Below are positions 47,299 through 57,266 of a stretch of DNA of 64,000 nucleotides, one piece after another (position 1 is the stretch's first letter; the number at the start of each line of letters is the position of its first letter). Made by a program: the position numbers and the translations under genes. Below the pieces are notes generated by a model. That model saw only the letters and a program-made list of their open reading frames with translations, was not told the origin of the DNA and ran no database searches. Origin of the DNA: Fidelibacterota bacterium (GTDB lineage: Bacteria; Fidelibacterota; UBA8477; JABMPR01); the NCBI GenBank assembly GCA_021734255.1, contig JAIPJM010000007.1, positions 12,089 through 76,088 on the forward strand. Reading direction: 5' to 3'.

Positions 47299-49503
47299 CT
47301 ATTCTCTGTCGACGCTTATGACGCCGTCAGAAGCCAATAGTTTAGATTTGATTCTTTCTAATTGCTTGACACCTTCAACCTCGATGACGAAGAGTCCTGT
47401 GACCACATCACCATCTACTTTCATCGTAAGTGTATCGATATTTATATCATACGATGAAAAAATTTCTGTAACATCCCGAGCCAGATGTTTTCGCTCCTGG
47501 GCCAGGATCTTCAGCCTGACCAGGAATCTCTGGGTACGACTGGAAGACCACTCTACATCGATGATCCGCTCTTTTTCAACCAGGTTCGTTCCAACGGTCT
47601 CACAGTCCTTCTGATGCACAGTAATACCTCTACCGCGTGTGATGAAACCAATAATGGGATCACCTGGTATAGGATTACAACATTTACCAAAACTGATCAT
47701 CATGTTATCGATCCCGTGGATAAGCACACCCTTGGAACTTCTTCTGGCCCGCCTGAAGAAGGAGTCGGTCAACTGGCTCTCTGTCTTCTCCTTCCGATGT
47801 GATGTGTAGTGCTCCGGAAAGAACTTTGACAGGATGGAGGACACGGTACGATGACCCGATCCAATGGATGCGATCAGCTTGTCCTCTGATTCAAATTTTA
47901 ATTTCAAGTGGGGATCTTTCAGCCGTTTCCATTCCTTGGCTTTCCCCAATTTGCGGAGCTCCTTATCCAGGATCTCCTTCCCCAGCTCCAGGCTTTGCTC
48001 AAATTCCTGACCCTTGATATGTTTTCGAATATTCGATTTAGCCTTGGAGGTCTTTACAAATTTCAGCCAGGATGAATTGGGTCGCTGTGAGTCACTGGTG
48101 ATGATCTCAACCTTGTCACCGCTGGTGAGTTCACTGTTCAAGGGTTTGATACGTCCATTCACCTTGGCTCCAATACAATGGAGACCCACCTGGGAGTGGA
48201 CATCGAAGGCAAAATCCAGGGGTGTGGCGCCCAGGGGAAGGATCCTCACCTCTCCTTTGGGCGTGTATACAAAGATCTCATCCTTGTAAAGATCGATCTT
48301 CAGCAGATCCATGAATTGATGAGATGTGGTCCGATCCTCTGTTTGCAGAATATCGACAAGATTTCTCAACCAGTTCACCTGCTGATCAATATCATCCTGA
48401 GTGGTCTTTGTCCCCCGTTCTTTATACTGCCAATGTGCGGCGACCCCCTCTTCAGCCGTTTGATCCATTTCCTTTGTGCGGACCTGGACCTCCACTGGGA
48501 GACTATCCGGACCAACAACGGTTGTGTGAATACTTTGGTAGCCATTGGCCTTGGGCTGAGCGATAAAATCTTTAAAGCGTTCCTGGATTGGTGTATAAAA
48601 AGAATGGATCAAACCGAGTACGCTGTAGCAATCCTCCACCTTATCGACGATGGCCCGTACAGCATAGATATCATACACATCCTCAAAGGGTCGATTCTGG
48701 TCTTTCATCTTCCGATGAATGGAATAGTAGGACTTGAATCGTGATTTGAAGACGGTATCAATATTGGCTTCGTCCAGCCTTTCCTTCACCGGCTCCAAAA
48801 ATTTCAGTACATAATTATCGAAGAAATCCTGGCGCTTGGAAATAAGCTTCTCCAGATCCTTTGATACTTTTGGCTCCAATATCTTAAAGACCAGGTCCTC
48901 CATCTCGGATTTTATCCTGTGCATTCCGAGTCGGTGCGCCAGTGGGGCGTATACATCTCTGGTTTCCCTGGCAATACGGCGCTGTTTAACGGCTGGCAAG
49001 TGTTCCAGCGTACGCATATTATGTAATCTATCAGCAAATTTGATGATGATCACGCGAATATCATCGGCCACTGAGAGTAACATCTTTCTAAAATTGACAG
49101 CCTGCTTGTCCTCTTCACTTTTGAATTTCATGTCGGATAGTTTGGTGACGCCATCAACCAGATTAGCCAGTTCCTCATTGAAGGCTTTGGCCACATCTTT
49201 TACGGTATAACCGGTATCTTCGATGACGTCATGGAGGAGCGCTGCTGAGACTGTCACAGAATCGAGTTTCATCTCAGCCAGAACGGTTGCAACTTCAACA
49301 CAATGGGTGAAATAGGGTTCACCTGAGCGCCGCAGCTGTCCTTTATGGGCTTCTTTTCCAAAGAAATAGGCATTACGGATGAATGCAGTAGCCTCATCGT
49401 TCAGGGGCTTGGTCTCCTGCATGAGACCCAGAATATTCTGGAGGTCCGCGGGATCGGAACCTGAGTCAGAGGGTAATATACGATCTAGCAGCGCAGCAGA
49501 CAT
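47299..49503 (-). CDS. bifunctional (p)ppGpp synthetase/hydrolase (RelA/SpoT homologue)
   Basis: 734 aa with an HD hydrolase domain (HDVIEDT), a synthetase domain (GYQSIHTTV), and TGS and C-terminal ACT regions. Confidence 0.95.
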   Translation of the reverse strand: MSAALLDRILPSDSGSDPADLQNILGLMQETKPLNDEATAFIRNAYFFGKEAHKGQLRRSGEPYFTHCVEVATVLAEMKLDSVTVSAALLHDVIEDTGYTVKDVAKAFNEELANLVDGVTKLSDMKFKSEEDKQAVNFRKMLLSVADDIRVIIIKFADRLHNMRTLEHLPAVKQRRIARETRDVYAPLAHRLGMHRIKSEMEDLVFKILEPKVSKDLEKLISKRQDFFDNYVLKFLEPVKERLDEANIDTVFKSRFKSYYSIHRKMKDQNRPFEDVYDIYAVRAIVDKVEDCYSVLGLIHSFYTPIQERFKDFIAQPKANGYQSIHTTVVGPDSLPVEVQVRTKEMDQTAEEGVAAHWQYKERGTKTTQDDIDQQVNWLRNLVDILQTEDRTTSHQFMDLLKIDLYKDEIFVYTPKGEVRILPLGATPLDFAFDVHSQVGLHCIGAKVNGRIKPLNSELTSGDKVEIITSDSQRPNSSWLKFVKTSKAKSNIRKHIKGQEFEQSLELGKEILDKELRKLGKAKEWKRLKDPHLKLKFESEDKLIASIGSGHRTVSSILSKFFPEHYTSHRKEKTESQLTDSFFRRARRSSKGVLIHGIDNMMISFGKCCNPIPGDPIIGFITRGRGITVHQKDCETVGTNLVEKERIIDVEWSSSRTQRFLVRLKILAQERKHLARDVTEIFSSYDINIDTLTMKVDGDVVTGLFVIEVEGVKQLERIKSKLLASDGVISVDRE

Positions 49504-50897
49504 TAGAAGGGCTCTTCGTTGCTCCCCATGTCTGGCGCTTGTGGTGTATATGCGGCCAGGTTCTGAAACGAGGCGAATTTATCGATAAAGGCCACATTGA
49601 CCTTACCAGTAGGACCATTTCTCTGCTTGGCGATGAGGATCTCCGCAAGGCCCTCTACTTCCCTCAACTTATCTTCATCATGCTCATATTTTTCTGCTCG
49701 GAAAATGAACATAACGATATCCGCATCCTGCTCAATGGAACCGGATTCACGCAGATCAGATAAGATGGGTCGTTTGTCACCACCGCGCATCTCCACGGCA
49801 CGGGAGAGCTGGGAAAGTGCGATGACGGGAATATCCAATTCCTTGGCCAGCATTTTAAGGGAGCGGGAGATCAAACTGATCTCCTGTTGTCTGGATTCGA
49901 AACGGCCACTGCCCTGCAAGAGTTGCAGGTAGTCGACGATGATCAGGTCTACATCCTTATCAGCTTTCAGACGACGAGATTTTGCGCGTAATTCTGTAAT
50001 ATTCAATGAAGCTGAATCATCCAGGTAAATATTTGCCGGGCCTAGACGTCCTGCCGCATCACTCAGGTTCGGCCACAGGTTGGAGGCCAGTTTTCCAGTA
50101 CGGACTGCATGTGAGCTGACCTTTGCCTCACTACAAAGCAAGCGCAGTGCTAATTGGTAATTTGACATTTCCAGTGAAAAGATGGCAATCTTCTTCCCGT
50201 GGTCAATGGCTGCGTTCCTCGCCATGGATAAGGCCAGAGCCGTTTTTCCCATGGAAGGCCGAGCTGCAACAATGATGAGGTCCGATTTCTGGAAGCCTGA
50301 AGTCATATCATCCAGTGCGGTAAATCCTGAGGGCACGCCGCGAATACCGCCCGGGTTCTCATGGAACTTATCGACCTGTGCAAATGCAGCATCAAGGGCT
50401 TCACTCATCTGGACGAAATCGGCTGTTTTAAATCGTTTTTCAGACAGTTCGAAGATCTTACGCTCTGCTTTTTCCAGTAGGTCATCCACTCGCTCTCTGG
50501 TTTCGTAAGCTTCAGTAGAGAGTTCAGCAGAAAGTTGGATCAGGGCACGTAGGGCTGAACTTTCCATTACCAGGCGGGCATAAAAGCGCGCATTGGCAGT
50601 GGAGGGAATCTTCTCAGTGATCTCGGATACGTAATAGGCGCCACCAGCTGCCTGGAGATTTTCACTTCGTTTCAACTCATCGACGACGGAGATCTGATCC
50701 ACTGGTTCTCCACGTTCATCAAGATTAATGATCGCAGTAAATATTTTTTGATGCGCCGGTCGATAAAAACTTGATGAATCCAGGATCTCCATTGCCGCTG
50801 AAAGTGCTGAGCGGTCCAGCATCATGGAACCCAGGACACTCTGTTCAGCTTCCTCATTGTGGGGTGGTAATCTCAGATTCTGACTGGTTTCACTCAC
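49503..50897 (-). CDS. dnaB: replicative DNA helicase DnaB
   Basis: PHNEEAEQSVLGSMM, Walker A ARPSMGKTALAL. I prefer the GTG at 50897, which overlaps the udg TGA as GTGA, over the track start at 50954, which would overlap udg by 61 nt. Confidence 0.94.
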   Translation of the reverse strand: MSETSQNLRLPPHNEEAEQSVLGSMMLDRSALSAAMEILDSSSFYRPAHQKIFTAIINLDERGEPVDQISVVDELKRSENLQAAGGAYYVSEITEKIPSTANARFYARLVMESSALRALIQLSAELSTEAYETRERVDDLLEKAERKIFELSEKRFKTADFVQMSEALDAAFAQVDKFHENPGGIRGVPSGFTALDDMTSGFQKSDLIIVAARPSMGKTALALSMARNAAIDHGKKIAIFSLEMSNYQLALRLLCSEAKVSSHAVRTGKLASNLWPNLSDAAGRLGPANIYLDDSASLNITELRAKSRRLKADKDVDLIIVDYLQLLQGSGRFESRQQEISLISRSLKMLAKELDIPVIALSQLSRAVEMRGGDKRPILSDLRESGSIEQDADIVMFIFRAEKYEHDEDKLREVEGLAEILIAKQRNGPTGKVNVAFIDKFASFQNLAAYTPQAPDMGSNEEPF

Positions 50898-51589
50898 TGG
50901 GTTTCCCCTCTTTTCTCGCGATACAAGTCGCGTATTTTCTGAAAATCCTCCCACGCTGGACGTTTCCAGTTCGGGTTACGCAAGAGGGCAGCTGGATGAT
51001 AGGTGACCAGCATGTCAGTCCCATGATAATCGAAGATCTGGCCTCGCATGGCTGTGAGAGAATCTTTCGTACGCAAGAGAGTCGTAGCTGAGATCCGACC
51101 GAGCGCCACCAGAAGCTTGGGCTTGATCAGCTCGATCTGCTTCAGCAAATATGGCTCACACTCTTCGATCTCATCTTTATTTGGGTCTCTATTATTGGGT
51201 GGCCGACACTTCAGAACATTGGCAATATAGACATCTTCCCTGGTCAATTCGATAGCCTGAAGGATATCATCCAGCAATTTGCCAGCCCTCCCGACAAACG
51301 GCACACCTTCCTGATCCTCCCGTTCTCCAGGCGCCTCACCGACGAACATGAGATCAGCATCCGGATTACCGACTCCAAAAACAAATTTGGTGCGGGTGTC
51401 TCCCAGTGGACACTTCTTGCAGTCCTTGATAGCCTCATGGAAAGCGGCCAGATCTCCAGGGTCTGAATGGCTGGTTGGATTCATGATCGCTTGTTCTTTG
51501 TGCGTCTTTTCAGGCATATAGAGGGGTCCACCAAAGATATCCAGTTCTTCCTGAATAAATGTTTTGATCTGATCAGATCGTTTTGTCAC
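50894..51589 (-). CDS. uracil-DNA glycosylase, family 4
   Basis: 231 aa with an Fe-S Cys context (CKKCPL) and GEAPGEREDQEGVPFVGRAGKLLD. Confidence 0.9.
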   Translation of the reverse strand: MTKRSDQIKTFIQEELDIFGGPLYMPEKTHKEQAIMNPTSHSDPGDLAAFHEAIKDCKKCPLGDTRTKFVFGVGNPDADLMFVGEAPGEREDQEGVPFVGRAGKLLDDILQAIELTREDVYIANVLKCRPPNNRDPNKDEIEECEPYLLKQIELIKPKLLVALGRISATTLLRTKDSLTAMRGQIFDYHGTDMLVTYHPAALLRNPNWKRPAWEDFQKIRDLYREKRGETQ

Positions 51590-51606
51590 CGGATGTGTTC
51601 CTGGGA

Positions 51607-51945
51607 TTATTTCTCTGGGGCTTCTTCCTGTCCCTCTTCATCAAACATGGCCTGTTTATCCCACTTCAATTCGCCGGTCAAAAACTCTTCAAGGCCCTGG
51701 GTTGTCGGTTTTACCGTTTCGTCGAACGCTTCCCGATTAATCTCAACATCTACATCATAACTTGGTGCAGTTTCTTCTTCACCGCCGATCTCTTCCAGGT
51801 TCTCTTCTTCCCTGCGACGCTCTTCTTCAATGATATAACGATCACCGATGATCTGACGTGCGCGTTTAGCGATGACTGTGACCGCCTCGAATACGTCCTC
51901 GGTGTGCTCTTCGATCTTTCTGAATGGAATTGTGGTTAGTCCCAT
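51607..51945 (-). CDS. rpoZ: DNA-directed RNA polymerase subunit omega
   Basis: 112 aa with VFEAVTVIAKRARQI (the omega core) and an acidic tail. It is downstream of gmk, as usual. Confidence 0.85.
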   Translation of the reverse strand: MGLTTIPFRKIEEHTEDVFEAVTVIAKRARQIIGDRYIIEEERRREEENLEEIGGEEETAPSYDVDVEINREAFDETVKPTTQGLEEFLTGELKWDKQAMFDEEGQEEAPEK

Positions 51946-51957
51946 TTATAACTCCTT

Positions 51958-52542
51958 TTATTGATGATAGATATTTTCGTTTAATAATTTTTTAAAATTC
52001 TGGACAGCGTCTTCCAGGTCGCTGTTGACGATCTTATAGTCAAATAATTGCCCCAGATCCAACTCTTCACTGGCTCTCTCCAGCCGAATCTGAATCTGCT
52101 CCTTGCTATCCGTACCCCGGGCAAGCAGTCTTTGCTCAAGAGCCTCCCTGGATGGTGGCTCAATGAATATGGAGATACTCTCATCAGGATACGCCTGTTT
52201 CACCTTGATCCCACCCTTGATGTCAATATCCAGCAGTAATCTTTTCCCCTCATTCAGAGCATCATCTATATAGGACCGAAGCGTTCCGTAGAGATGTCCA
52301 TTCTTTGAGTATACTTCCTGCCACTCAACAAGTTCATCATTTCTGATCTTTTGCAGAAATTCATCCTTGCTAATAAAGAAGTAGTGTTTGCCTTCAACTT
52401 CATATTCTCGACGAGGTCTCGTGGTGACCGAGACTGAGAATTCGATATCCGGATAGGCTTCCATAACCGCATTCTCTATGGTTCCCTTCCCTGCACCGGA
52501 AGGACCGGCCACAATGATCAGATTTCCTCGTTGTATCGTCAT
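51958..52542 (-). CDS. gmk: guanylate kinase
   Basis: 194 aa with P-loop GPSGAGKGT and TTRPRREYEVEGKHYFF. Confidence 0.95.
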   Translation of the reverse strand: MTIQRGNLIIVAGPSGAGKGTIENAVMEAYPDIEFSVSVTTRPRREYEVEGKHYFFISKDEFLQKIRNDELVEWQEVYSKNGHLYGTLRSYIDDALNEGKRLLLDIDIKGGIKVKQAYPDESISIFIEPPSREALEQRLLARGTDSKEQIQIRLERASEELDLGQLFDYKIVNSDLEDAVQNFKKLLNENIYHQ

Positions 52543-53426
52543 TGAATATTCTGGACCTGTTCTCTGATGCGCTCGATCTCATTTTTCAGTTCTACCACTG
52601 CATGAGCAATAGGGGTTGAATTGGCTTTACTGCCGATCGTATTGGCTTCTCGATTCATCTCCTGGAGGAGGAAATTGAGACGTTTACCGGCATCCCCATC
52701 TTCTTTCATCAATTCACTAAAATGTTGTACATGGGCATCCATGCGCGTCAATTCCTCAGTGATATCCAACTTGTCACTCCAGATCACGATCTCCTGCTCC
52801 AGACGTTTCTCATCGATCTGGAAATCATTCTCAGCTGGTGAATCGGTCAGTTTCTTGCGGAGTTTCTCTACCAAGGTATCCAGACGGGTATGATCGTTTT
52901 CACGAATTTTAGTAACAATCCCGTTCAGGGTTGATAATTGTTCATGAATGTTCTTTTCCAGCAGCTCACCCTCTCGGATCCGCATGGCCTGAAGTTGATC
53001 GGCGGCTGATCTCAGCATTTCCAGTGCTGCCAGCATGAACTTTTCCTGATCCTCAGCATCCGAGACGTAGGAGATAACATCAGGAAGTTTCAGCAATTCT
53101 TCCAGGGGGATAGTGGCATCATCGCTACCCAGAAGTTCAGCACTCCTGTTGGTAAGTTGTTGATAATGCTGTAGTAATTCTTCGTTTAAATGGGGTTTCC
53201 CCAAGCTCGTCTGATCCGAACCAACATTCATGGTAACCGTGACCCTGCCCCGCTTCACAAGTTGCTGTAAATGGTTCCTGGCCTCATCTTCAAGCTTTTC
53301 GAAGCCCCTGGGAAAGCGCATGACAAATTCGAGATAACGACTATTAACTGCCCTTAACTCGATCGCAACGTTGGTGTCACCTATTTTATCTTCAGCCCGG
53401 CCGAAGCCAGTCATACTTATTAGCAT
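52539..53426 (-). CDS. yicC: YicC-family stress-induced protein
   Basis: 295 aa; MLISMTGFGRAE..C-terminal EMNREANTIGSKA. Confidence 0.9.
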   Translation of the reverse strand: MLISMTGFGRAEDKIGDTNVAIELRAVNSRYLEFVMRFPRGFEKLEDEARNHLQQLVKRGRVTVTMNVGSDQTSLGKPHLNEELLQHYQQLTNRSAELLGSDDATIPLEELLKLPDVISYVSDAEDQEKFMLAALEMLRSAADQLQAMRIREGELLEKNIHEQLSTLNGIVTKIRENDHTRLDTLVEKLRKKLTDSPAENDFQIDEKRLEQEIVIWSDKLDITEELTRMDAHVQHFSELMKEDGDAGKRLNFLLQEMNREANTIGSKANSTPIAHAVVELKNEIERIREQVQNIQ

Positions 53427-53448
53427 AGACCCTCTCTTAAAGCCGCAT

Positions 53449-53477
53449 AGTATAATTTTCTACCCGAGTTATGTCAA
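53449..53477 (-). promoter_or_regulatory. near-consensus sigma70 promoter for yicC-gmk-rpoZ...
   Basis: The minus strand has TTGACA (53477-53472), a 17-nt spacer, then TATACT (53454-53449), about 22 nt upstream of the yicC ATG. Confidence 0.5.
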
Positions 53478-53577
53478 AAGATATATTGAAGTTAGGCCAT
53501 CTTTTTTTAAATATATGATTTGGAGGCTATTTCAGAAGGCCAATAAAGTGATTATGAGTCAGTAATTTGCCGGGGAA

Positions 53578-54678
53578 TCAATCGAGTTCTATGGAGCGAA
53601 TAATGGTGCGTTCAGTCGAAATACGAGCGCTCAAACCGAAATTGAGTAGTGTATACATTTGCATGAAATCAGTTCGATCATCTTCGACTTCCGAGAAAGC
53701 GAAACTGGCCCATTCTGGAACGGGTTCGAGCGGGATGTTGAGTCCGACTGATGTGATGATACGCCCATTGTCCAGGTGAAGAAATCCATCCTCTCTGGTG
53801 GCGTCCACAGGTACCCAACCCTTGATGGGAAGATAGATCTGAGACCAGACATGCGCACCTGTATTGCCGGGGTAAAAGTTGAACCCAGACTGCTGTCTGG
53901 CAGGAATACCTGCAATTCGAGCCATGGTGATGAATAGGGCGGTATATTGACCACAGTCCCCTTCCCGTGAATCGAATGCGTCCCTGACACCCCTTTCATG
54001 AGGTGGGTAAACATAAGTCATGGTGGCCTGGACCCAGTCGTATATCTTTCGAGCTTTCTGGACCGGATTGCTAATACCGAGAAGAATGGAATGTACTGTG
54101 TCAATCAAGGCTTGATCCTGCTCCAGAAATGTTTCACTCCTGGTGTATTTCTTGGAAATATCCCCTGGGATCTCGCTCCAATTCGCACCTTCCACCCATT
54201 CATTGATCCTCGGTCGGTAATCAAATGTTAGATATTTAAAGGTTTTCTTAAGTCTGATGGGGTAGGTATTCAGTGTTGAATCCGGCAGTTCCCAATAAAG
54301 GATTCGATTTCCATACATGGGTTCCGTGTAGGCCAGGGATGGTTCCGTTTCCAGGGTAGTGGGGGCCAGCAGTCTCTGCGTCCAATGGTCCTTAATGGAG
54401 GCGCTCCATATCTGCATGATCGGCTCAGCATCCTCAGGAATGGCATGGAGCGACCGAAATGCAGCCACAGAATCTTTACTCCAGGCTCGGATTTCATCAA
54501 TATTTATGACCATCTCACCGTATACCAGGCGGGGCTTGGAATACTCTTTTCCCATCTTCTCCATGGCGGTTAGCATCAGGTGTGTCTCTTCCACCGTCGC
54601 CTGCGGCTGTTTAGTGATACAGGTCTGAATCAGGATCAGAACGATCAGGGCAAATGATATGCGCAACAGAATTCTCAT
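53578..54678 (-). CDS. transglutaminase-like (Cys protease fold) lipoprotein
   Basis: It starts at MRILLRISFALIVLILIQTC (lipobox-like) and forms an ATGA overlap with the upstream permease stop. It has a transglutaminase core (EGDCGQYTALFITMARIAGIPAR..GAHVWSQIY..WVPVDAT). Confidence 0.85.
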   Translation of the reverse strand: MRILLRISFALIVLILIQTCITKQPQATVEETHLMLTAMEKMGKEYSKPRLVYGEMVINIDEIRAWSKDSVAAFRSLHAIPEDAEPIMQIWSASIKDHWTQRLLAPTTLETEPSLAYTEPMYGNRILYWELPDSTLNTYPIRLKKTFKYLTFDYRPRINEWVEGANWSEIPGDISKKYTRSETFLEQDQALIDTVHSILLGISNPVQKARKIYDWVQATMTYVYPPHERGVRDAFDSREGDCGQYTALFITMARIAGIPARQQSGFNFYPGNTGAHVWSQIYLPIKGWVPVDATREDGFLHLDNGRIITSVGLNIPLEPVPEWASFAFSEVEDDRTDFMQMYTLLNFGLSARISTERTIIRSIELD

Positions 54679-57032
54679 AGGGATAGCGGCCAAAAGACAG
54701 GGACCAGGAAAACGGCGATCAGGCCGAAGAGAATGACAAGGGGCAAGCCAACTTTGGTGTAATCGGTGAATCGGTACCCACCAATACCCATAACCAGTAA
54801 ATTAACAGGATGACCCACTGGACTCAGGAAAGCACTGGAACTGGCGATGACCACCACCATGGCTAAAGTATGAGGTGACAGCCCCATATCGTTGGCAGTA
54901 ATGATCGCGATGGGTGCCATAAGCACGGCAACGGCTGCAGTGGGCATGATCTGGGCAAAGATCATGGTCACGATAAATAGCCCTGCCAGTATGCCGTGTA
55001 CTCCCAGAAAGGCCAATGATTCTAACATATTGTGAGCAAGGAGCTCTGAAACTCCGGACTGTTGCATAGCCACCCCCAGACTCAGCATACCTGCAATCAG
55101 CATGATGGCCCGCCACTCAATGGCCTCATAGGCTTCATCCATACTAATACAGCGGGTTAACACCATGAGAATAGCACCTGTAAGGGCTGCAATGAAAATG
55201 GGCAGAAATCCCAAAGCAACGCTAGCCAGCACGCCAACTTCAATACCGGCTGCTACGAAAACTTTGTTCTTTTTATAGATGGGTTGATCCAATCCACTGA
55301 TAACGAGGAAATCATCAGCCTGCTGCAACCGCGCCAGATCCTCCCGAAGTCCGTACACCATCAGGGCATCCCCTGGCTCCAGCTCAAAATCTCGTAAGTT
55401 CGTGCGGTGGGCTCTATCCTTGCGCCAGATCGCCAGGACGGATAAACCGAACCGGTCTCGAAAGTTGAGCTCCCCCACCGTCTTTCCAGCCACTGAGTTT
55501 CGCGGAGAAAGCGTCACCTCTGCAACCCCAACCTCATCGGATTCCAGACGTTCCAGATCCGTTTGGACCTGCTCTTCCAGTTCCAGGTTTTGAAGGCAGT
55601 TCAGGATCTCAAGTATTTCGGGTTCACCCATAACAATAAGCACATCATCTGCTTCAAGTTCTTCTTCAGGTGATGGCATTATCTTTATATCACCCTGCCG
55701 GTTAACACCAAGTACATTTATCCCTAGTGCAGATTTCAAGTGACTTCGGGCAATGGATCTACCGACCAGGGAAGATTCCTCAGGTAGGTGAATCCCGATC
55801 AAATTACGGTGCAGCTTATACTGCAGTGCAACCCTGCGCGGGCTGACCAATTTGTATTCAGATGTGTGTTTACTCTCCTCAAATTCAGCCATGTGTTCCG
55901 GACGCCCCATTCCGATCAGAACATCATCCTTGTTGAAGCGGTAATTGCGCAGGCGGGACACTCTCACCCTGCCATTTTGAATAACTGCTAAAATATTAAT
56001 GCTGTACTTATTTCTGGGACCCGCTTCTTTAAATGTTTTTCCAATAAGTGCTGAGTTTGCCGCAATTTTCATCTCAGCAAATTTCAGGGCATCTCCCACC
56101 TGGTGCTCACCGACCAGCCAGCCCTGTTTCATGGTCAGGGTCTTCCAGTCGTTCAAGGTTCCGACCTGTTCTCTCCTGCCACCCAATAATAGTTTATCCC
56201 CAGCGTGGAGTTCGGTATCGGGACCTGGAGCAAGCAGCGTAGATGCTCCTCTAAGAATCGCCATAACATTGAAGCCCAGTGCAGAACCTAATCGACTTTC
56301 AGCCAGATTGCGATTCGTGAGGGGAGAATCTTCTGGGATGGTCACCGTCAATAGCCTCTCATTAAGTTCATACTGCCCTCTCAGTGTATCAGTGATGGAA
56401 GTCGATCTCCCCAGATCTCTATCAGGCAAAAGATGGCGACCAGCCACGACCAGATAAAGGACTCCAACAGCCATGGCGATGACGCCTATGGGTGTGAAAT
56501 CGAATAACTTGAAGGGAGCAAATCCTGCAGACTCCAGGGCAGTACTGATCAGGATATTAGGCGCTGTAGCAATAAGTGTAGTCAAGCCACCAAATAGGGA
56601 TGCGAAGGCCAGTGGGATCAGGAGTTTGGATGGTGATCGGCCTGTCCGGTGGGCAATTTCCATAATGACCGGCAACATGAGAGCTGCCACGCCAATATTA
56701 TTCATAATACCTGACAGGGAACCAACAACCAGCATCATGATAACCAGCAGTTTGAGGTCGCTATCCCCGGATAAGCGTAGGATCTGCCCCCCAATTATCT
56801 GGGCGACGCCAGTCCGGACCAGACCAGCACTCAGCACCAGTACGGAAGCGATAGTTATCACCGCTTTATTACTGAATCCTGCGATGGCTTCCTCATGCGT
56901 AACAAAACCGAATATTGCCAGGATGAGCAGTACTGATAGCGCAACCACGTCCACACGGAGCCACTCTGTGATGAATAGTATCACAGCTCCCGCCAGCACG
57001 GCGATTACAAATATCATAGAAAAAGTCATCAA
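54675..57032 (-). CDS. SLC13/DASS-family permease with four internal RCK_C (TrkA-C) domains
   Basis: 785 aa. It has N- and C-terminal polytopic halves. The central ~390 aa holds four repeats of the TrkA-C pattern, for example IPEDSPLTNRNLAESRL..GFNVMAILRG.. and TLSPRNSVAGKTVGELNFRDRFGLSVLAIWR. Confidence 0.85.
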   Translation of the reverse strand: MMTFSMIFVIAVLAGAVILFITEWLRVDVVALSVLLILAIFGFVTHEEAIAGFSNKAVITIASVLVLSAGLVRTGVAQIIGGQILRLSGDSDLKLLVIMMLVVGSLSGIMNNIGVAALMLPVIMEIAHRTGRSPSKLLIPLAFASLFGGLTTLIATAPNILISTALESAGFAPFKLFDFTPIGVIAMAVGVLYLVVAGRHLLPDRDLGRSTSITDTLRGQYELNERLLTVTIPEDSPLTNRNLAESRLGSALGFNVMAILRGASTLLAPGPDTELHAGDKLLLGGRREQVGTLNDWKTLTMKQGWLVGEHQVGDALKFAEMKIAANSALIGKTFKEAGPRNKYSINILAVIQNGRVRVSRLRNYRFNKDDVLIGMGRPEHMAEFEESKHTSEYKLVSPRRVALQYKLHRNLIGIHLPEESSLVGRSIARSHLKSALGINVLGVNRQGDIKIMPSPEEELEADDVLIVMGEPEILEILNCLQNLELEEQVQTDLERLESDEVGVAEVTLSPRNSVAGKTVGELNFRDRFGLSVLAIWRKDRAHRTNLRDFELEPGDALMVYGLREDLARLQQADDFLVISGLDQPIYKKNKVFVAAGIEVGVLASVALGFLPIFIAALTGAILMVLTRCISMDEAYEAIEWRAIMLIAGMLSLGVAMQQSGVSELLAHNMLESLAFLGVHGILAGLFIVTMIFAQIMPTAAVAVLMAPIAIITANDMGLSPHTLAMVVVIASSSAFLSPVGHPVNLLVMGIGGYRFTDYTKVGLPLVILFGLIAVFLVPVFWPLSL

Positions 57033-57093
57033 TTGTAGATCAGCTTAAATAGTTTTCCCACGTTTTGTACAAAGTAAAGCGAAAACCTATTGG

Positions 57094-57175
57094 CGCAAGG
57101 CCTACGTATTACTTAATAAGAGCTGCATAGGCCTGTATTATTCGCCTGGATTTCCCTGCATATAGGCCTTTACAT
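57094..57175. promoter_or_regulatory. three direct copies of a GCA-(T)A-(TA)-GGCCT-N-TA motif in the divergent permease/asnB intergenic region
   Basis: AGGCCT occurs at 57098-57103, 57129-57134 and 57164-57169. The contexts are gcgcAAGGCCTacgtatta, ctgcATAGGCCTgtattatt and ctgcATATAGGCCTttacataa. Confidence 0.3.
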
Positions 57176-57266
57176 AAGAAACTCACTGACCTACATTTCA
57201 ATCTGTTTTGAGAAACACTTTACGGATAAGGGTTTCCAAGTATTGACATAGAAAGAATGATGAGAA

